A stretch of 64,000 nucleotides of DNA, from NCBI RefSeq assembly GCF_009914755.1, contig NC_060930.1; one strand, written 5' to 3'. This DNA comes from the human T2T-CHM13v2.0 reference genome, Homo sapiens. The position numbers and the translations under genes were made by a program. Of the stretch, positions 45,885-60,689 are shown piece after piece. The notes below the pieces were generated by a model. That model was not told the DNA's origin. It saw only the letters and a program-made list of their open reading frames with translations, and did not search any database. Position 1 is the first letter of the stretch. Each line of letters opens with the position of its first letter.

Positions 45885-46880
45885 CTACACTTGTATAGGG
45901 CACTTATCATGAATGGAGCTTGCAGGACTGGAAGTTGCTCTGGGTGAATCAGCGAGTGAGTGGTGAGTGAATGAAGGTCTAGGCCTTTATTGTACACCAT
46001 TAAGTATTTCGTAAAGACTGTACACGGCCTACACTAAGCTTACAGAAAAAAAAATCTTTCTTCAATGATGAATTTACCTTAGTTTAGTGTACCCTTTTTA
46101 CTTTATAAACTTTCTGAATTATTATAAACTTTTTGACTCATGTAATAACACTTAGCTTAAAACACAAACACACTTAGAGTTATACAAATGTATTTTCTTT
46201 CTCTATATCTTTATGTTTAAACTTTTTTCTAAACCTTTTACTTTTTATACTTTTTTTTTCTAAACAGTTAAGGTTCAAACACACACGTTAGCTCAGGCCT
46301 ACACAGGGTCAGGATCATCAATATCATTGTCTTGCACTTTCCCATTTTGTCCCATTGGAAGGCCTTTAGGGGCAATAACACAAACACACATGGAGCTGTC
46401 ACTTCCTATGATAACAACGTTTTCTTCAGGAATACCTCCTTAGGGATCTACCTGAGGCTGTTTTACAGTTAATTTTCTTTTTATAAGGAAGAATACACTC
46501 TAAAATAACAATAAAATGCATTTAGCTGGTGCAGTCCTCCAAAACAGACAAAGACTAGATCTTATAATGGTTGAAAAAAGGGGGCATCTATATAGTGTAT
46601 AGTATAGTATATACATATACCAGTACCATAGTCATTTGTTGTCATTATTGAGTATTGTGTACTGTACATAATTGTACTGCTATACTTTTATGTGACTGGC
46701 AGCACAGGAGATTTGTTTGCACCAGCATCACCACAAACGTGTGAGTAATGCATTATGCTACAATGTTACAATGGCTATTATATAGGGATAGGAAATTTTC
46801 AGCTCCATTATAATCTCGTGATGACCAACCTATACATGTTCCTTCCTTGACTGAAATGTCATTATGTGGTGCATGATTGT
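45885..46880 (+). mobile_element. Tigger3 (Golem) DNA transposon fragment
   Basis: atgaatggagcttgcaggactggaagttgctctgggtga...; end gaaatgtcattatgtggtgcatgattgta; interrupted at 46522-46589. Confidence 0.85.
46522..46589 (+). repeat. Dispersed copy of env segment 42437-42503
   Basis: ttagctggtgcagtcctccaaaacagacaaagactagatcttataatggttgaaaaaagggggcatct versus ttagctggtgcagtcctccagaacagacagagactagatcttataatggttgaaaaagagggcatct. Confidence 0.95.
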
Positions 46881-49236
46881 ATCACACTGTGAGCTCTGGG
46901 TCCCATTAAAATTCTAGGAGAAGGTTGAATTTTTTGTTTTAGCAAGAACTAATCTCATCAAGTTTAGAATGCAAGCTGTATCTCGCTTTCTGTATGCCGT
47001 AGTTCTAACGTCATTATAGTTTCCCAAGACTTTGCCATGCTGTTCGTGCCTGCCCTGTGCCTGGGCCTCTCAGCCACTAGTCTGGCACTAGGACTGTGAT
47101 ATTTGTATCATAGTTCAGCTCCTAATGGCTTTGATATGCTGGTGTGAAACTGTCCCCCTAATGTGCGGCTTGGGGAGCCCAAGACCCTGAGAGTTATGAT
47201 GGTTCATGTATAGAATTAGGGATCCCTTTCTCTCACTCTCTCCTCTGAGATTTTTCCCACACTCTCCAGTTCCCATAGGTCCCTCTTACCCGTTCCTCTG
47301 GCCAGAAAGGTTGGTTTCTCTCAAAGTATTGTCATGTGATTCTGCACACCTGGGGCTTCCCTTGAGGCAAAGTGGGAAGAGAAAGTTGAGCAAAAATATA
47401 AAGGGAAATACCCCATATTCCTTAGGCCACAGGGTTCCTTTTCCCTAGTTCTTTTGGGATTTTTCTTTCAGAGTTTTTGATGGTTCCACCACAGCAGCCT
47501 TAGTACAGCTTCCTGATTCTGACCACACTCAGGGAAGAACTAGAAGTGAAAAAAGAAGTAAAGTTCCAAAAAAGGAGTATTGCTCCACACACTCTCTGGA
47601 GACCCCCTTTGCAATCTGTACAGAAAGAGGAGGTGTCTCTTGGAGTTTCTTCTCTCTGCTCTCACTGCACACTACATGTCTGGAGTTACCTTCAAGTCAA
47701 AGCCAGGAGACAAAAGAGGAAAAACCCTAGGAACTCACTCCCTTACTATTATTTCTCCAAGTTCTGACTTCCCTCCCTAATATTCATGCTATTTTGTACT
47801 TTTCAAGGTCCACAGATGGCTGCCTTTTATATTCTGCCTGATGTTTCCCATTATAATTAGTGTAAGACACAGACTATAGTGGGCTTATTCCAACTTGGCC
47901 GTCACAGAAAGATCCTCTTCAGCTTTGTTGTTGAAGGATGTTTTACTGATTTTAGAATTCTAGGTTTGCGTTAGGGGTAGAAGTTTTCTTAGCGTATTTT
48001 AAGGTTTCATTCCATTTTCCTCCAGATTCCAAAGTTTCTATTGAAAGTCAGCCTTAACCTTTTTTGTTCTTTTTTTCCAAAGACAAGACACTTTCGTCTC
48101 TGGCTGATTTAAACATTTTCTCTTTATCTTTGTTTTTGAGCAATTTATTATTTTTTTTTACATATGGTTTTATTTCACTAGTCTATGATTGAGGTTGATA
48201 AGTTTCTTGTATCTGTGTTTTGACATCTTTATTTCAGTTTTGGAAAATTTTCTGCCATTATCTTTTTGTTTTCTCTGCTGCACTCTTTATCCTTTATTTT
48301 TATGTACAATTGTAAGTATATTTGACCATTAGATAATGCCTACATGTCTCTGATGCTGATATCTTTCTTCTTCATTTTATCTTGTGCTATGCTTCAGAGT
48401 AGATGCTTTCTATTTCTAACTGTCTTCAAGTTAACTACTACTGCATTTGCCTGTGACCAGTCTGCTGTTAAATTCAACCATTAAGTTTTAATTTTAGATG
48501 ATGTACTCTGATTTCTTTTATTTAGATTCCATATCTAAAAGATTCCACATTCATATTCTTTTTTAGATTGTAAATCTTTTTCTTTACTATATATTCCTTG
48601 ATATTTATGAATATATGGTTAAATAGAGTTAATTTAAAGCTCTTTTGTGCTAAGTGATTAAGTCTAGAAAGAGCTTTGTGTCTCCCAAAAAATTGTGGGT
48701 GAGGTTGTTGGCATTCAGAGTATCATGGGATCAAATATATAAAAAACTCACAACATTTTTTATTCAGCTGTATTGGTAAAACTGCCACCAGTCTGGACTG
48801 AAAGAGACTGAGGTTTAAAATGTAAAAGGGCAATGGATCTGCAACTCTCTATGTAAAAGAAACAGGCTGAGAAAGTTGTTCAAAGTGCCGATCATCCTAT
48901 GTGCTCTTTAAAGGTGGCCAAGGAGGGAAACAGAAAAGGAAGTACTTTTCAAAGGGAAGAGCACAGAATTCTGAGGACAGGTAGACTAATGAGAAACTCC
49001 CAAGGAAAGGAGTCAGGGGCTAACCAAGGAATATTGTCCACCCCTAGAGGGGATGTGCAAGGCAGCATTTGTTCAGTGGAATTTCAGAATTGCCAGGGAT
49101 CAGTGACTGTTCAGTCCCCCATTCTTTCCGTTTTTGAATGGGCATGTTTACTATCATTATCCTGACCCAGTTTCAGCACTGTGTATTGAGTGCTGATGGA
49201 AAGACAACTTTGTTTCTATTGTTGTGGCTTGTATGT

Positions 49237-50165
49237 CTTAGAATTAACGAAAGAGGAGGCCGGGCGCAGTGGCTCAGGCCTGTAATTCCAGCACTTTGGG
49301 AGGCTGAGGCAGGTGGATCATGAGGTCAGGAGATGGAGACCATCCTGGCTAACACGGTGAAACCGTGTGTCTCTACTAAAAATACAAAAAATAAGCCAGG
49401 TATGGTGGCACACGCCTGTAATCCCAGCTATTCAGGAGGCTGAGGCAGGAGAATCACTTGAACCCAGAAGGCAGAGGTTGTGGTGAGCCGAGGTGGCGCC
49501 ACTGCACTCAGTCGACAGAGTGAGACTCCATCTCAAAACAAACAAAAAAAAAAAAAAAGAAAGAAAAAGAAAGAAAGAAAGAAAGAAAGAAAGAAAAAGA
49601 AAGAAAGAGAAAGAAAGAGGAAAGAAACACATGAAAAGGTGGCTCACCAGTCACGGCACACTTATTTTAGAGAAAACAAACCTGAGAGGCGCCTTCTGGC
49701 CGAGTTAGGTCAGAGGCACGCTCTCTTATAGACTAAGTTTTTTAAGGATTCAGAGTGGGAGAGTTTATCCAAGGCTTGGACTGCTTCTGTGTCTCTTTGT
49801 TGTGCTTATCTAGGAGGGAGAGTTGTGTGTCTGTTCCCATACATCTTTTTTGCAGCTGCAGGCATATCCCCAGAGTCTGCTTTTAGCTTCCCTATCTTAG
49901 TGCACCTGAAGGGAAAGGAATGTGCTTATTAAGGCCCACTGTTTTAGGGCCCATTGTATGGGGGTGAAGTTTGGCAGTTACCCAGGGGACCTTCCCCCAA
50001 CCTTTCTCTGTGCCCAAACTCTCTTATCTGTGTTTTACTGTCTGCTCTTTCTGGCTATTTGTAGTTAGAAGAGAAGTGATTTCCTTGAAATGCATGAGGC
50101 TAGAAAGGGAGCTGGAATTTAAAGTGGCGGTGTTTGTCCAAGATGACAGGGCTCCAGCTCTATCA
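49237..50165 (-). mobile_element. Solo LTR19-like LTR, interrupted by an Alu
   Basis: Reverse complement starts tgatagagctggagccctgtcatcttggacaaacaccgccactttaaa, homologous to the LTR at 42909; the 3' ends also match. Confidence 0.85.
49258..49612 (+). mobile_element. AluS/Sc with (GAAA)n microsatellite tail
   Basis: Alu dimer; tail expands into GAAA repeats; flanking duplication gaaagagga. Confidence 0.93.
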
Positions 50166-50334
50166 GTATGTTTCTGGATTAAGGAGAACTGCATTCTGAC
50201 CTGCATCCTGATTGTGAGATTTTGAACTTGATGGCTGATGCCATGATTGCATGAGACTTCTGGTGATCCCAGATTAGGGGTAAGCATATTTTTCATATTG
50301 GAAGAATATGAAAAATTGTAGCAATAAAAGTGGA

Positions 50335-50778
50335 CTCTAATAGATTATGATGATGATCCTAATTCATCATCCCTCCCTATATCCACGCCCTTTGCAATCT
50401 AACTTTACTATGCTCTCCCATTATGGATGGGTGACTTGAATTGCCTCTCAACATTAGGCCTAACCATGTGTTCCTCTACAGCCAAGGAGTTATTAGCAAA
50501 TGTCACACACTCTGGGCCTTGAAATTGGCGTATGTATTGGAGCTAACATTTTGCTTGCTTCTGCATTGCCATAAGGACATTTCTAGGCAAGTCCACCGGC
50601 CCTAAGAAGAGGATGAGAGGCATGTGAAGAAGAGTCCACCTTGGATACATAGGTGAGCTTGGCCAAGGTTAGCAGTGCCACCTAGCTGACCCAGACATAT
50701 AAGCATATTGTTATCTGCCACTGGTGATTTGTGTTGTTTGTAATGCAGCATTGTTGTGACAACAGATGACTAATACAC
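50335..50778 (+). mobile_element. MLT1 LTR
   Basis: ccctatatccacgccctttgcaat...ttgtaatgcagcattgttgtgacaacagatgactaataca. Confidence 0.65.
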
Positions 50779-50811
50779 TAACTAATGTACCTTTTAAAAT
50801 GTTGTCTATGA

Positions 50812-51300
<489 letters not shown>

Positions 51301-51424
51301 TGAAAAGACCTCTTGGAGAGTTTAATGTACATACATATTCCAGAGTTTGGACAATTCAGTAGATTGGTACCTGGGGTATGCTGAAGAATGCTGAAGTCCA
51401 AGAGTCAACTTAGCTACATGTTTT

Positions 51425-51828
51425 TGAAACAGAAAAAATTCCCTTGTTCCCCTTGCAGGGAGTGCGATGTGGCTCTCTTCTCCAGTGCCCGCTGCTCAGA
51501 CCTCCAGGGGAGCATACAGATGGTCAGGCTGTGAGGCTCTGATCCCACAGCAGTGTCTGGGGGTGAATGTTTACAGCTCCTGAAGCCCCAGTGGGTGTGT
51601 TCCTCTGCTGATGTGCTCTCTCTCAACGTCCAGCAGCTTCTGTCCCTGCCTTGCTAGGGTCTCAGGTTTTTATAGGCACAGGATGGGACATGGCAGGCCA
51701 GAGTGGTCTTGGGAAATGCAACATTTGGACAGGGAATGCCTGTTCTCACCTAGGTCCGTGGGGATGGAGCCCTAGCCAGGGACCATACCCTCCTCTACCC
51801 AGCACTTCTGCTCCCTGCTTCCCTATCA
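51425..51828 (-). mobile_element. Solo ERV1 LTR (LTR1/LTR27/MER52 group)
   Basis: TG...CA bounded; reverse complement starts tgatagggaagcagggagcagaagtgctggg and contains cctataaaaacc. Confidence 0.65.
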
Positions 51829-52639
51829 TTTAAAGGGACCACACTCTTGCCTTCCTAGCACTCACGTACCATTTTCAAGCAGAGAAAAGAACAAGTAGCT
51901 ACACTAGGATTTGCCTGACTTCCAGAAGGAAAGAGATTCATCTTTCCTTGGCAATCGACATAGACCAAAAGTAAGGGAAAGGTCTGGGGTCTGCTTGTCT
52001 TAGTATCTCAAGGCAGCCTCCAAGAGAAACAGATCATAGAAGAAAGAGGCTGCTAGTATTCCAGAGTGCCTAGTGACTGAGAATTCCATGAGAATGGAGA
52101 TGCAGTAGCCCTCACCGGGCTCTGAACTAGGGGAGTGTGGATTCTCAAAGAATTCATGAAAATGTTCACAATAGAGTCTTCTTATGCATCTGTTTTCCCT
52201 ACAGCATTCAATTCAAGCACATGAAATATCAGGCAAGTAAAAACTGTCCTCTTCTGCTCTTCATGCCTCAACTCGCAGGGGTCTGAAACTATATCACGTA
52301 GAAGAATTAGAAGCACAAGCTGTAGAAACAAAAGAAGCTAATTTTGCACCTTCACTGTTTGTGAGCTTCTCATCTGCAACACTCTTGAATAAGCAAGAGT
52401 GTGAGGCCTCCGTTTTGAATAAAATATAGAAATTTGACTATTGAATGGGACTAATTGAATACCTTTCTTTTTTTACTTAAACATTATCAGAGAGGTTATG
52501 AAGCCTTCCTGAATGCTCATTCAAGGTAAGGAATTGGCTAACCCCAAAGAACACATTGAAAAGAAAAAATGGTAATAGGATTAAATTAAATACGTTTTAT
52601 TACATTGCATCAGTTTAGATGTTCAATATATGCTTTTTT

Positions 52640-52860
52640 AATAAAGAAAAGTTTATTTGGCTAATGATTTTCAGGTTGTACAAGAAGCATGGCACCAGCA
52701 TCTGCATCTGATGAGGACCTCAGGGTGCTTCCACTTGTGGCAGAAGAAGGGGAGCTAGCATGTGCAGATGCCACATGGCGAGAGATAAAGGAAAGGAAAG
52801 AGGAGGAAGGTTCCAGGCTCTTTTTAACAATCGGACCTCACAGGAACTAATAGTGTGAGA
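52640..52860 (-). mobile_element. MST LTR fragment
   Basis: caggttgtacaagaagcatggcaccagcatctgc. Confidence 0.75.
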
Positions 52861-52920
52861 AGATGTTTAACATATTCTAATAAGAAAGATATTCCTAATA
52901 AACTGCCGTGAGATAACTGC

Positions 52921-53277
52921 TATATTGGTCTGTTCTCACGCTTCTAATAAAGACATATCCAATACTGGGTAATTTATAAAGGAAAGAGGTTTAATGGACA
53001 CATAGTTCCACATGGCTGGGGAGGCCTCACAATCATGGTGGGAGGCAAAAGAGAAGCAAAAGCATGTCTTACATGACAGCAGGCAAGAGAGAGTTTGTTC
53101 AGGGGAACTCCCATTTACAAAACCATCAGATCTTGTGAGACTATTACAAGAACAGCACAGGAAAGTCCCACTCCCCTGATTCAATTACTTCTGACTGGAT
53201 CCCTCCCAAGTCACGTGGGAATTATGGGAACTACAGTTCAAGATGAGATTTGGGTGCGGACACAGCCAAACCATATA
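52921..53277 (-). mobile_element. THE1 solo LTR
   Basis: ctgggtaatttataaaggaaagaggtttaatggac...agatttgggtgcggacacagccaaaccata. Confidence 0.92.
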
Positions 53278-53404
53278 AACTGCAGTTTATTTTTTCATTA
53301 TGACTCATATCATAAAGAAAAAGAGTTGCTCCAATAATCTGTACCCCATTTCATATTCATAAGGAAAACATTCTTTTCTTGGCTAATTGTTCATGTTTAA
53401 ATAA

Positions 53405-53780
<376 letters not shown>

Positions 53781-54063
53781 TAAAAAATAATTTTCTTTTA
53801 AAACTTTGAGTACAGCTTTTCACTAGGATTGCCAACATGATGAAACGAAGATTTCTCTTATTTAAAGAATATATTAAAGTGTTTATTATTAATTACTCTT
53901 TTAATGTAAAGATTTTTGTCTTTTATGGTAATTTGACTTGTTTTGGTTTGGTTTCCATTTGATACTGAGGATGAAGGGAAATTAGAGCAGAATTGCTTAT
54001 TTACATTATTTCAAACTTCCAACCATGAAAGGAAAAGGTTTGGGATCTCGTTTGTAAAGCCAA

Positions 54064-54097
54064 GTGTGTGTGTGTATGTGTGTGTGTGTGTGTGTGT
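54064..54097. repeat. (TG)n microsatellite
   Basis: Interrupted TG repeat. Confidence 0.9.
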
Positions 54098-55125
54098 TTG
54101 AAAGGGGCTTATTTACACTGGGTTTTACTTTGGTATGGAGGTAACTCTTATCCAAGTGTGGTTGGTTCGAAGGACAAGTAGGGATGATAAGAGGCTGCTT
54201 GGCACTAAGGATTAGGTAGAGTTGGGGCTGAGTCATGGTTGTGTGGAAAGCTAGGATCATGGTTGGGGATGGAAGGAGGCTAAATCTGCTACACAATTTG
54301 AAACTAGGGCATGATAGTGTGGCAAAGAAGAGATAGAGCTTGAAATAGAAGTAGTTACTTATTTAGCATGTGTATTAATTACTATATGATTAGTTCAGTG
54401 TCATCTGACTAAAATGGAGATTAATGTACTAATGATTAATTTATATGGGTTTTGTTTATATTATTATCTAATACAGGCTACTTAATAATCTGAGTTAGAG
54501 AGACAATGTTTTATGAGACAAATAAGGTTGCTGCTATCAAAGAAATCAAATAAATGAAGAATGATTATCATATAATAATGAGTGCTCTCTGAGGAGAAAA
54601 AACAAAAGTAATTGGGAGTGATTTGAGGGAACTTCTTTAGGTTGAGTGACTAGAAATTGTTACTCTAGAAATACTCTATTTGAAAAGAGACCTGAATGCT
54701 AAGAAAAAGCCAGCTATTCAAAATCTATAGCAAACCACTCCACACAGCAAGAACATAAGTGAAAACTGCTAATGAAGAAACAAATCTGCATGTTAGAGAA
54801 ACAGATAGGGAGTTAGTGTACTGAAGTTTATTGAACGGCAAAAGAATGTTATATTGTGGAATAAGTAAAACCATGGAGAAAAACACATTGTAGAAGAGCT
54901 ACTCGGATTGCCCTATGATTTTCTGGAAACTTCCTGGCCACAGCCGACTGAAAGGGACATTGTGGTAATGCTGGCTTCTCTAGACTGAAACCAAAGCCTA
55001 TGGCTTGAAAGATTAAAAAGAGATAATGAGCTTACCATTCATTAAAGAAAGCAAGCCATAAAAATAGCTTAAAATATGGAATAAGCGACAGGCATGTCAA
55101 TTATTTCTCCTTGGCACTGGATTAA

Positions 55126-55566
<441 letters not shown>

Positions 55567-57349
55567 CTAGTTTCCATTGCAGAGGATTGGATCTGGAAAT
55601 TGTGTTACTAAGAAAAATGCAGGAGAAGGTTTGAGTGTCCCTATTCCCATATGTAGTGGATTGTCATGCAACATACCTCTCAACCTCTTCCAGTGCATTT
55701 CTCCTGTACTGCAAAAGATGTGCAACTGAAAAGAACATTTCCTGGATAGCATTTGATGTCATTTAGATTTAGCCAATCAGAGGCATTCTGGTAAATTTTG
55801 GACATGCTGAGGGTCTTTTTTTTTTTTTTTTTTTTTACCTGAAAAGGCACCAGTGTAGGGGTGCCTTATTTTCTGTGTCAGAATTAGGAGAGATTTTCAT
55901 GTCTGATAACTGACTTCATGGATATAAAGAGGCAGCATGCAGCGTGTCTGTTACTGGTGCAGATTGTAGCAGGTGATCGTGGGGGCTTACTGAATGGAGG
56001 AGCTTCCCAAATATGGCTGCTCTGGGCAGCATGAGTTCCTGATTGTAGAAGAGGAGGTGGTTTCCTTGGTTGCCTGATTCAGTTCCTTCTATTGTCCTGA
56101 TGATTCTCTAAGCTATATTAAGGTCTGTAATAAACTCCTTTCCACTCAAAATCAACTAAGGTAAATTTTGTTCTCTGTAGCTATTCAATACTCCATGTCT
56201 ACCACTTGAACAGACAGAATAAAAAACCTCTTTGATGGCAACTCAACACCCTCTTCTGTAATAAATAAATAAATTGTGACTTGAACTCCTACTCTAGTTG
56301 GCACTATATGTAGGAATATGGATTCTGGGGTCGTGTCTGTTTTCAGTGATCATTTATTACCTTGATCAGAGGGAGTCCTCAGCATCTTTGCCCTCAAGGC
56401 CAAGACACGAAGACCCTCCTCCCAATTGCCCCTGAAATTGATCTTCTTCTTGGGAATTTTCGTTCAGCACACTGAGTCCCAATGGGCAACTGATTGCCTC
56501 TTTATTTTTTCATGGAGAACCAGAACAGAATGGAAGACTTGAGCAACATCAAAGAGTTAGCTATATTTGAAATCCATATAAAACTTACATTTTGAGTAAT
56601 GAATAGGATACCATAGAGAACCCATCTCTTCTTGACATGTTTTCCCTGGTTCATAGAAATTAGATAGTAATTATTTTCTCTTGTTTCTGGCATTAAAAAC
56701 CTAAGACAAAGTCTTAGAATAAGAACTTCAATATTGGCATATCTGGTGGGAAAAACAAAACAAAAATGGCAGCTATAACATCTACTAGGTGTTTATTGTA
56801 TGTCCCTTCCAATGCAGTACAGACAGAAAAAGAAGAAGCTATAAAGTTTGAAGAGAAAGAAAAGCTATCATTTTTAGCAGATGTTATAACTATGAACAAA
56901 GGAAATACACAAAATAATTTCAAAGGTAGACTATGCAATTGATAAGAGTGTGTAGTGAGATTGTTGATTTGAAGGTCTTGTATGATAAAGCATTGTATTT
57001 CTGTAGAAAATACAATATTGAAGATTTTTAAAATACCATTTTAAACAACATCATTTCATATTCATAAAAGGGAAATGTGGAAAACACAAAAGTTAATACT
57101 GAATAATAATGATGGAATTCTGCCTTATGAAAATATTACCACCACTACCACCATATATGTGTCAATGGACAAAAATAGCCAAGAAAATTTTGCAAAGGAA
57201 AATCAAGAATGAGGAAGAGGACACCCTAGATATCAAAGTATATTATAAAATAATAATGTGTGATATTGGCCCAGGAGTACCAAAACATTCCCAAGAAAGG
57301 ACGAAAGATTTGAGAGACAGGTGAATTCCTGAAGAAAAAGTCATCATGT

Positions 57350-57460
57350 AGTCAACCAGCAAATATTTATTAAGCACCTACTGTATACCAGGCAGTGTTC
57401 TAGGTACTTAGAATATTGTTGAACAAAATAGACAAGGTCTCTCTTTTGATTTTATACTCT
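57350..57460 (-). mobile_element. L2 3' end
   Basis: caaatatttattaagcacctactgtataccaggcagtgttctaggtac. Confidence 0.75.
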
Positions 57461-58564
57461 AAATAAATAGATGAATAAATGATAGATAATAATTGTAGAT
57501 CAATAGATTGACAGAGACCAGAAAAATAAGAGATTATATATTTATATTATGATCAATTAAGTGAAAACAAAATGACCAGGTAGAATAGACAATTTCATTG
57601 AATTGATTTGTTGGTTTAACTGGCATATTTCATTTCTTCAGTAAACAAGCTGATGCCCGTGACATGCCAACAGCTCACAGCTGTTCTTTGGCCTTCCTGT
57701 ATATTTCTGCTTCCATTAGTTGAGTTTAATGTTTGCCAAAAGTTGCTGGCGTTTGCTCACAAATCTGTTCATCTCTATTGACTTGTTATTGTAATTATAT
57801 ATTTAAATAAAGTAAATATTTCATTATGAATTAAGAATGAATTTTAAAAGGGAAATTTTAAGTTCTTAAACCATTAAATGCTTTGGAAATAATAACGATA
57901 AGTTGTCTAATAAAATATTATTAAATTGGATATAGGTAAAATAACTTTTAAAATGGAGAAAATGAGGTGAAAATCTAAAGGGTTTCTAAATTCAGAATTC
58001 TTTGTAATGTTTCACTCTAAATTCTCATAAACTTTTTAAAAAACTAAAATTTGATACGATAGAAAGTTTGTTATGGGTGTTGTTTAGCCATTTAAGATAA
58101 CCTAAAACTCTAAACAACAGATACATTCTCCAAGTGAAGGTTTGGTTCTATGTCAACATACTGCCAAACAAATATACATGTATACATGTATTTACTTCAG
58201 TTAAAATAAAATGTTTACCACATTATATATTTACAAATCATTCTAACTATTCTCAACTGCAATTGACTTTTAAAAATAATTGTTCAACTACCAGGTCTCA
58301 CAATTGAATATATGGCTTTCACAAATGTGATAACTGATATGAAGAAAATTAATATTTAACTAAGAATAACTGAGTGGCAACTCCAAATTTGGTCATCAGG
58401 AAAATCTTTTCTTAGGTTATATTTAAGTTGAAACAAAAATAACATAAAGGAGCTAGAAAGGAGACAATGTACATGTAACAATCAGGAAAAGAAATATTCC
58501 AGGCAGAAGGAACCATCCTAACGTAGACTAAACCTGAAATGTTAAAAAAGCAGAAATGAGGTCA

Positions 58565-59015
58565 GTGGCAGAGATGGCTGGATTTCCACCAAAATTTGTG
58601 CACTCCTCCTCCTGCTGCTTAGTGATATTGCTCAGAAATGGCAGTCCAAGTAAGGACTCCACTTTCACGCATTTTCATCTAGGTGGGGTCACATCACTAG
58701 TTCTCACCATGAAATGTGACTGAAAGTGAAGTGTGTTGCTGGCACACCAAGGAATTAAGTAATAAGTGTGCCTTCTCCACCCTCTCTCTTTTGCCTTTCA
58801 TCATTGGAAGCAGAGAGCAGAAGTCCAGTAAAAGAGCAGAATCACAGCATGTGAAGGGCCTGGGTTCCTGAGTCACTATGTGGAGAAAAATATCTAGACT
58901 ATTAACAATCTGGCAATGGACTGTTATGTGAATAAGAAGAGAATGTCTATTTAGCTAGTCCCCTGAAATTTTTATCTTTATTCCGTATAGCAGCTGGTGT
59001 TACCCAAACTAATAA
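58565..59015 (+). mobile_element. MLT1 LTR within L2 remnants (~58480-59460)
   Basis: ggcctgggttcctgagtcactatgtggag; L2 motifs on both sides. Confidence 0.55.
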
Positions 59016-60689
59016 AATGAGACAGTTAAAAGGTAGACAGTGAATTCAGTAGTATGGGCAAAGAGCAGATCACAGAAGATTTTATTAGCCAGGCAGAAGA
59101 TTTGATTAGCCAGGTAAGAAATCTAGGTTTAATTCTAGATGCTATAAGAAAACATGTGAGGTGTTTAATCATGATACAGATGTGGTAGAGATTAAGTTTT
59201 ATAAACATTTCTAGCAGTTGTGTGGAAAATGAACTGTAGGAATCAAGAAGGAAGTAGGGGGATGGGGTAGGAGGCTATTTCAACAATTCAGGAGGAATAC
59301 GGCAGTATGCTAAAGTCAAGTGGCTACAAAGAAGATGAATAAAATGGACTAAGTTGAGAAATATTTTATCATTTAATTGATAGAATTCACCAACTGGCTG
59401 AATGTGGAAGTTGAGAATGTGACAAATCAAGGATAATTCCTCCTTCCCCTGATGCCTTTCTGTTATTTCTTTTATTAAATAAAACCAGTGATGTAAACTA
59501 AAAAGTGTGGAAGAAGCTAAAGGCAAGATACTCCCACACATCTGAAGTCATAGATAGGTAGGATCTAGTATTTCATAACTGTCCAATCTGATTATTTAAA
59601 CCTTAAATAGGGGCAGGACTCCAAGAGCTAAGCTGCTATTGACTCCTCACTAGAAAACCTTAATAACAGAGCATCTTGGGGATCTATACCTGAAAACGTT
59701 CATAACAAAAGAGACTCACATGGACATGACAAATCTCAAATGATATTGATATCTGCCCTAATTTTGCCAACCACATTTTCCTTGATGACTCCCTCCAAAA
59801 TAGACAGTAGTAGCAGACACATGTTGGGGACTGTGTGTGAGGAGTGCCCTGTTACATAACTCCAGCTGCTTTTGCATTTGGGTCCTAGTGACTCGTTCTT
59901 TCTCCATAAGAGATCACATCCCCATGAAACAGCAGCGGGCAACAGATTTCACCTAGCGTTTCAATATCTCATCACATTGGGCAGAAGTGATCGTTGATTA
60001 TAGTTTCATTGTGGTTATGTTATTATTTCCACCTGTATTGAAGGTAGATTTATCTATTATTTCATCATAGTTTGTAGGACCAATAAGAGTCATGTTCAAA
60101 GCAGTTAAGGAGAAATTCATATCACCAGAGTTCCTGGAGTTGGAGGTTTTTATAATTTGGGATTTTCTCATTTTAGAATGGGACAAATGAAGCTTCAGTT
60201 GTGTAAGAACTACATATATTATACTAAAAGGGAGCATCTTCTGAATTTTTTAATGTGAAAAGGAACAGAGAGAAACAGAGAGAGAAAGAGGGAGAGAGAC
60301 TTCATATATAAGAGCCTTGTATAATAGATTATGATAGTTATTATTTTTATTGCCACTACTATTATGACCTATCCAGCCTTGGTCTTTTTCCATCTTTGTT
60401 TAGGAAAAAGAAAATCTGTATTCCTGACACAGAAGTGGGTTCAAATCTAAGGCCTGGTTAATCAGAGTCCCACATCCCATGGCTAAAGTGATTGGTTGAG
60501 AAACTGGAATGCCACTCAAGCTAAGCTTTCGTCAGATTATCAAAATGGAGCTGACATGTTTGATCTGTTGCTATTCAGATGATGAGCTGAAAATATGAGA
60601 TGTCCATCTTCATAGCCATGTAGGAAATGTTTGACTTCCATAGGAGAAAATAAGGGTAATCAATAGGAAAAAAGCCGAACTCAAAGAGA

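Noticed and set aside
59080-59115. 21-bp tandem duplication cagaagattt(t/g)attagccagg
   Set aside because: Ordinary slippage duplication within L2 remnants.
59700-60240. Unique-looking stretch with two short minus-strand ORFs
   Set aside because: Translations match no family I recognise; no splice structure established.
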